Below are positions 63,781 to 64,000 of a stretch of 64,000 bases of DNA, piece by piece. A model generated the notes under the pieces. It saw only the letters and a program-made list of their open reading frames with translations, did no database searches and was not told the origin of the DNA. How positions within the stretch are numbered: the stretch's first letter is position 1; every line of letters begins with the position of its first letter. The stretch is from Lingula anatina (lineage: Eukaryota; Animalia; Brachiopoda): positions 22,010,001 to 22,074,000 of the forward strand of contig CM120646.1 in NCBI GenBank assembly GCA_051362555.1, in the 5' to 3' direction. A program made the position numbers and the translations under genes.

Positions 63781-64000
63781 GTACAAGAAAATAATTATTT
63801 GACAGTGTCAGTCATATCTTGTGTGATGTTTAGAATCCGTAAAACGATACAAATATAAATAATGTCATGTGGATTTTCCTAAATTCATTTATTGGTATTA
63901 GAGAATCTAACCAAAACATGTTCGTTTTTAATCCGCATGAACATTTTCACACACTGTGTCCGACATCTATGTCACTGTACCCCCCTTTTAATCAATGTCA

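Overview
AT-rich eukaryotic (probably marine invertebrate; taxon not determinable) genomic DNA with GT-AG spliced genes, so the six-frame ORFs are exon fragments. The window holds a head-to-tail, all plus-strand cluster of four related immunoglobulin-superfamily genes, each starting with a V-type Ig domain. Gene A (about 1.1-12.0 kb, 5' end not found in the window) is 2xV + 6 Ig + 2 FN3 + TM and ends in a short kinase-less tail with a YxxL-x9-YxxL (ITAM-like) motif; a transposon-disrupted kinase relic follows at 13.7-14.2 kb. Gene B (18.8-30.4 kb) is a complete receptor tyrosine kinase (SP-V-6 Ig-2 FN3-TM-juxtamembrane SxYxxL motifs-RET/FGFR/Tie-like kinase). Gene C (36.9-38.9 kb) is a predicted secreted V+Ig protein. 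Gene D (59.3 kb to beyond the window end) is SP-V-4 Ig and continues. Gene A is a mosaic: its distal ectodomain exons and introns are near-copies of gene B and its membrane-proximal Ig exons and introns are near-copies of gene D. All ectodomain exons are phase 1-1. The best candidate for an undescribed system is an invertebrate paired-receptor cluster (kinase, kinase-less tyrosine-motif and secreted forms) diversified by exon shuffling, V-exon duplication and gene conversion. Intergenic DNA is packed with often nested transposons: a decayed L2/CR1-group LINE, non-autonomous piggyBac-, P- and hAT-like elements and several MITE families. Exon coordinates were read by eye; no alignment or database search was run.
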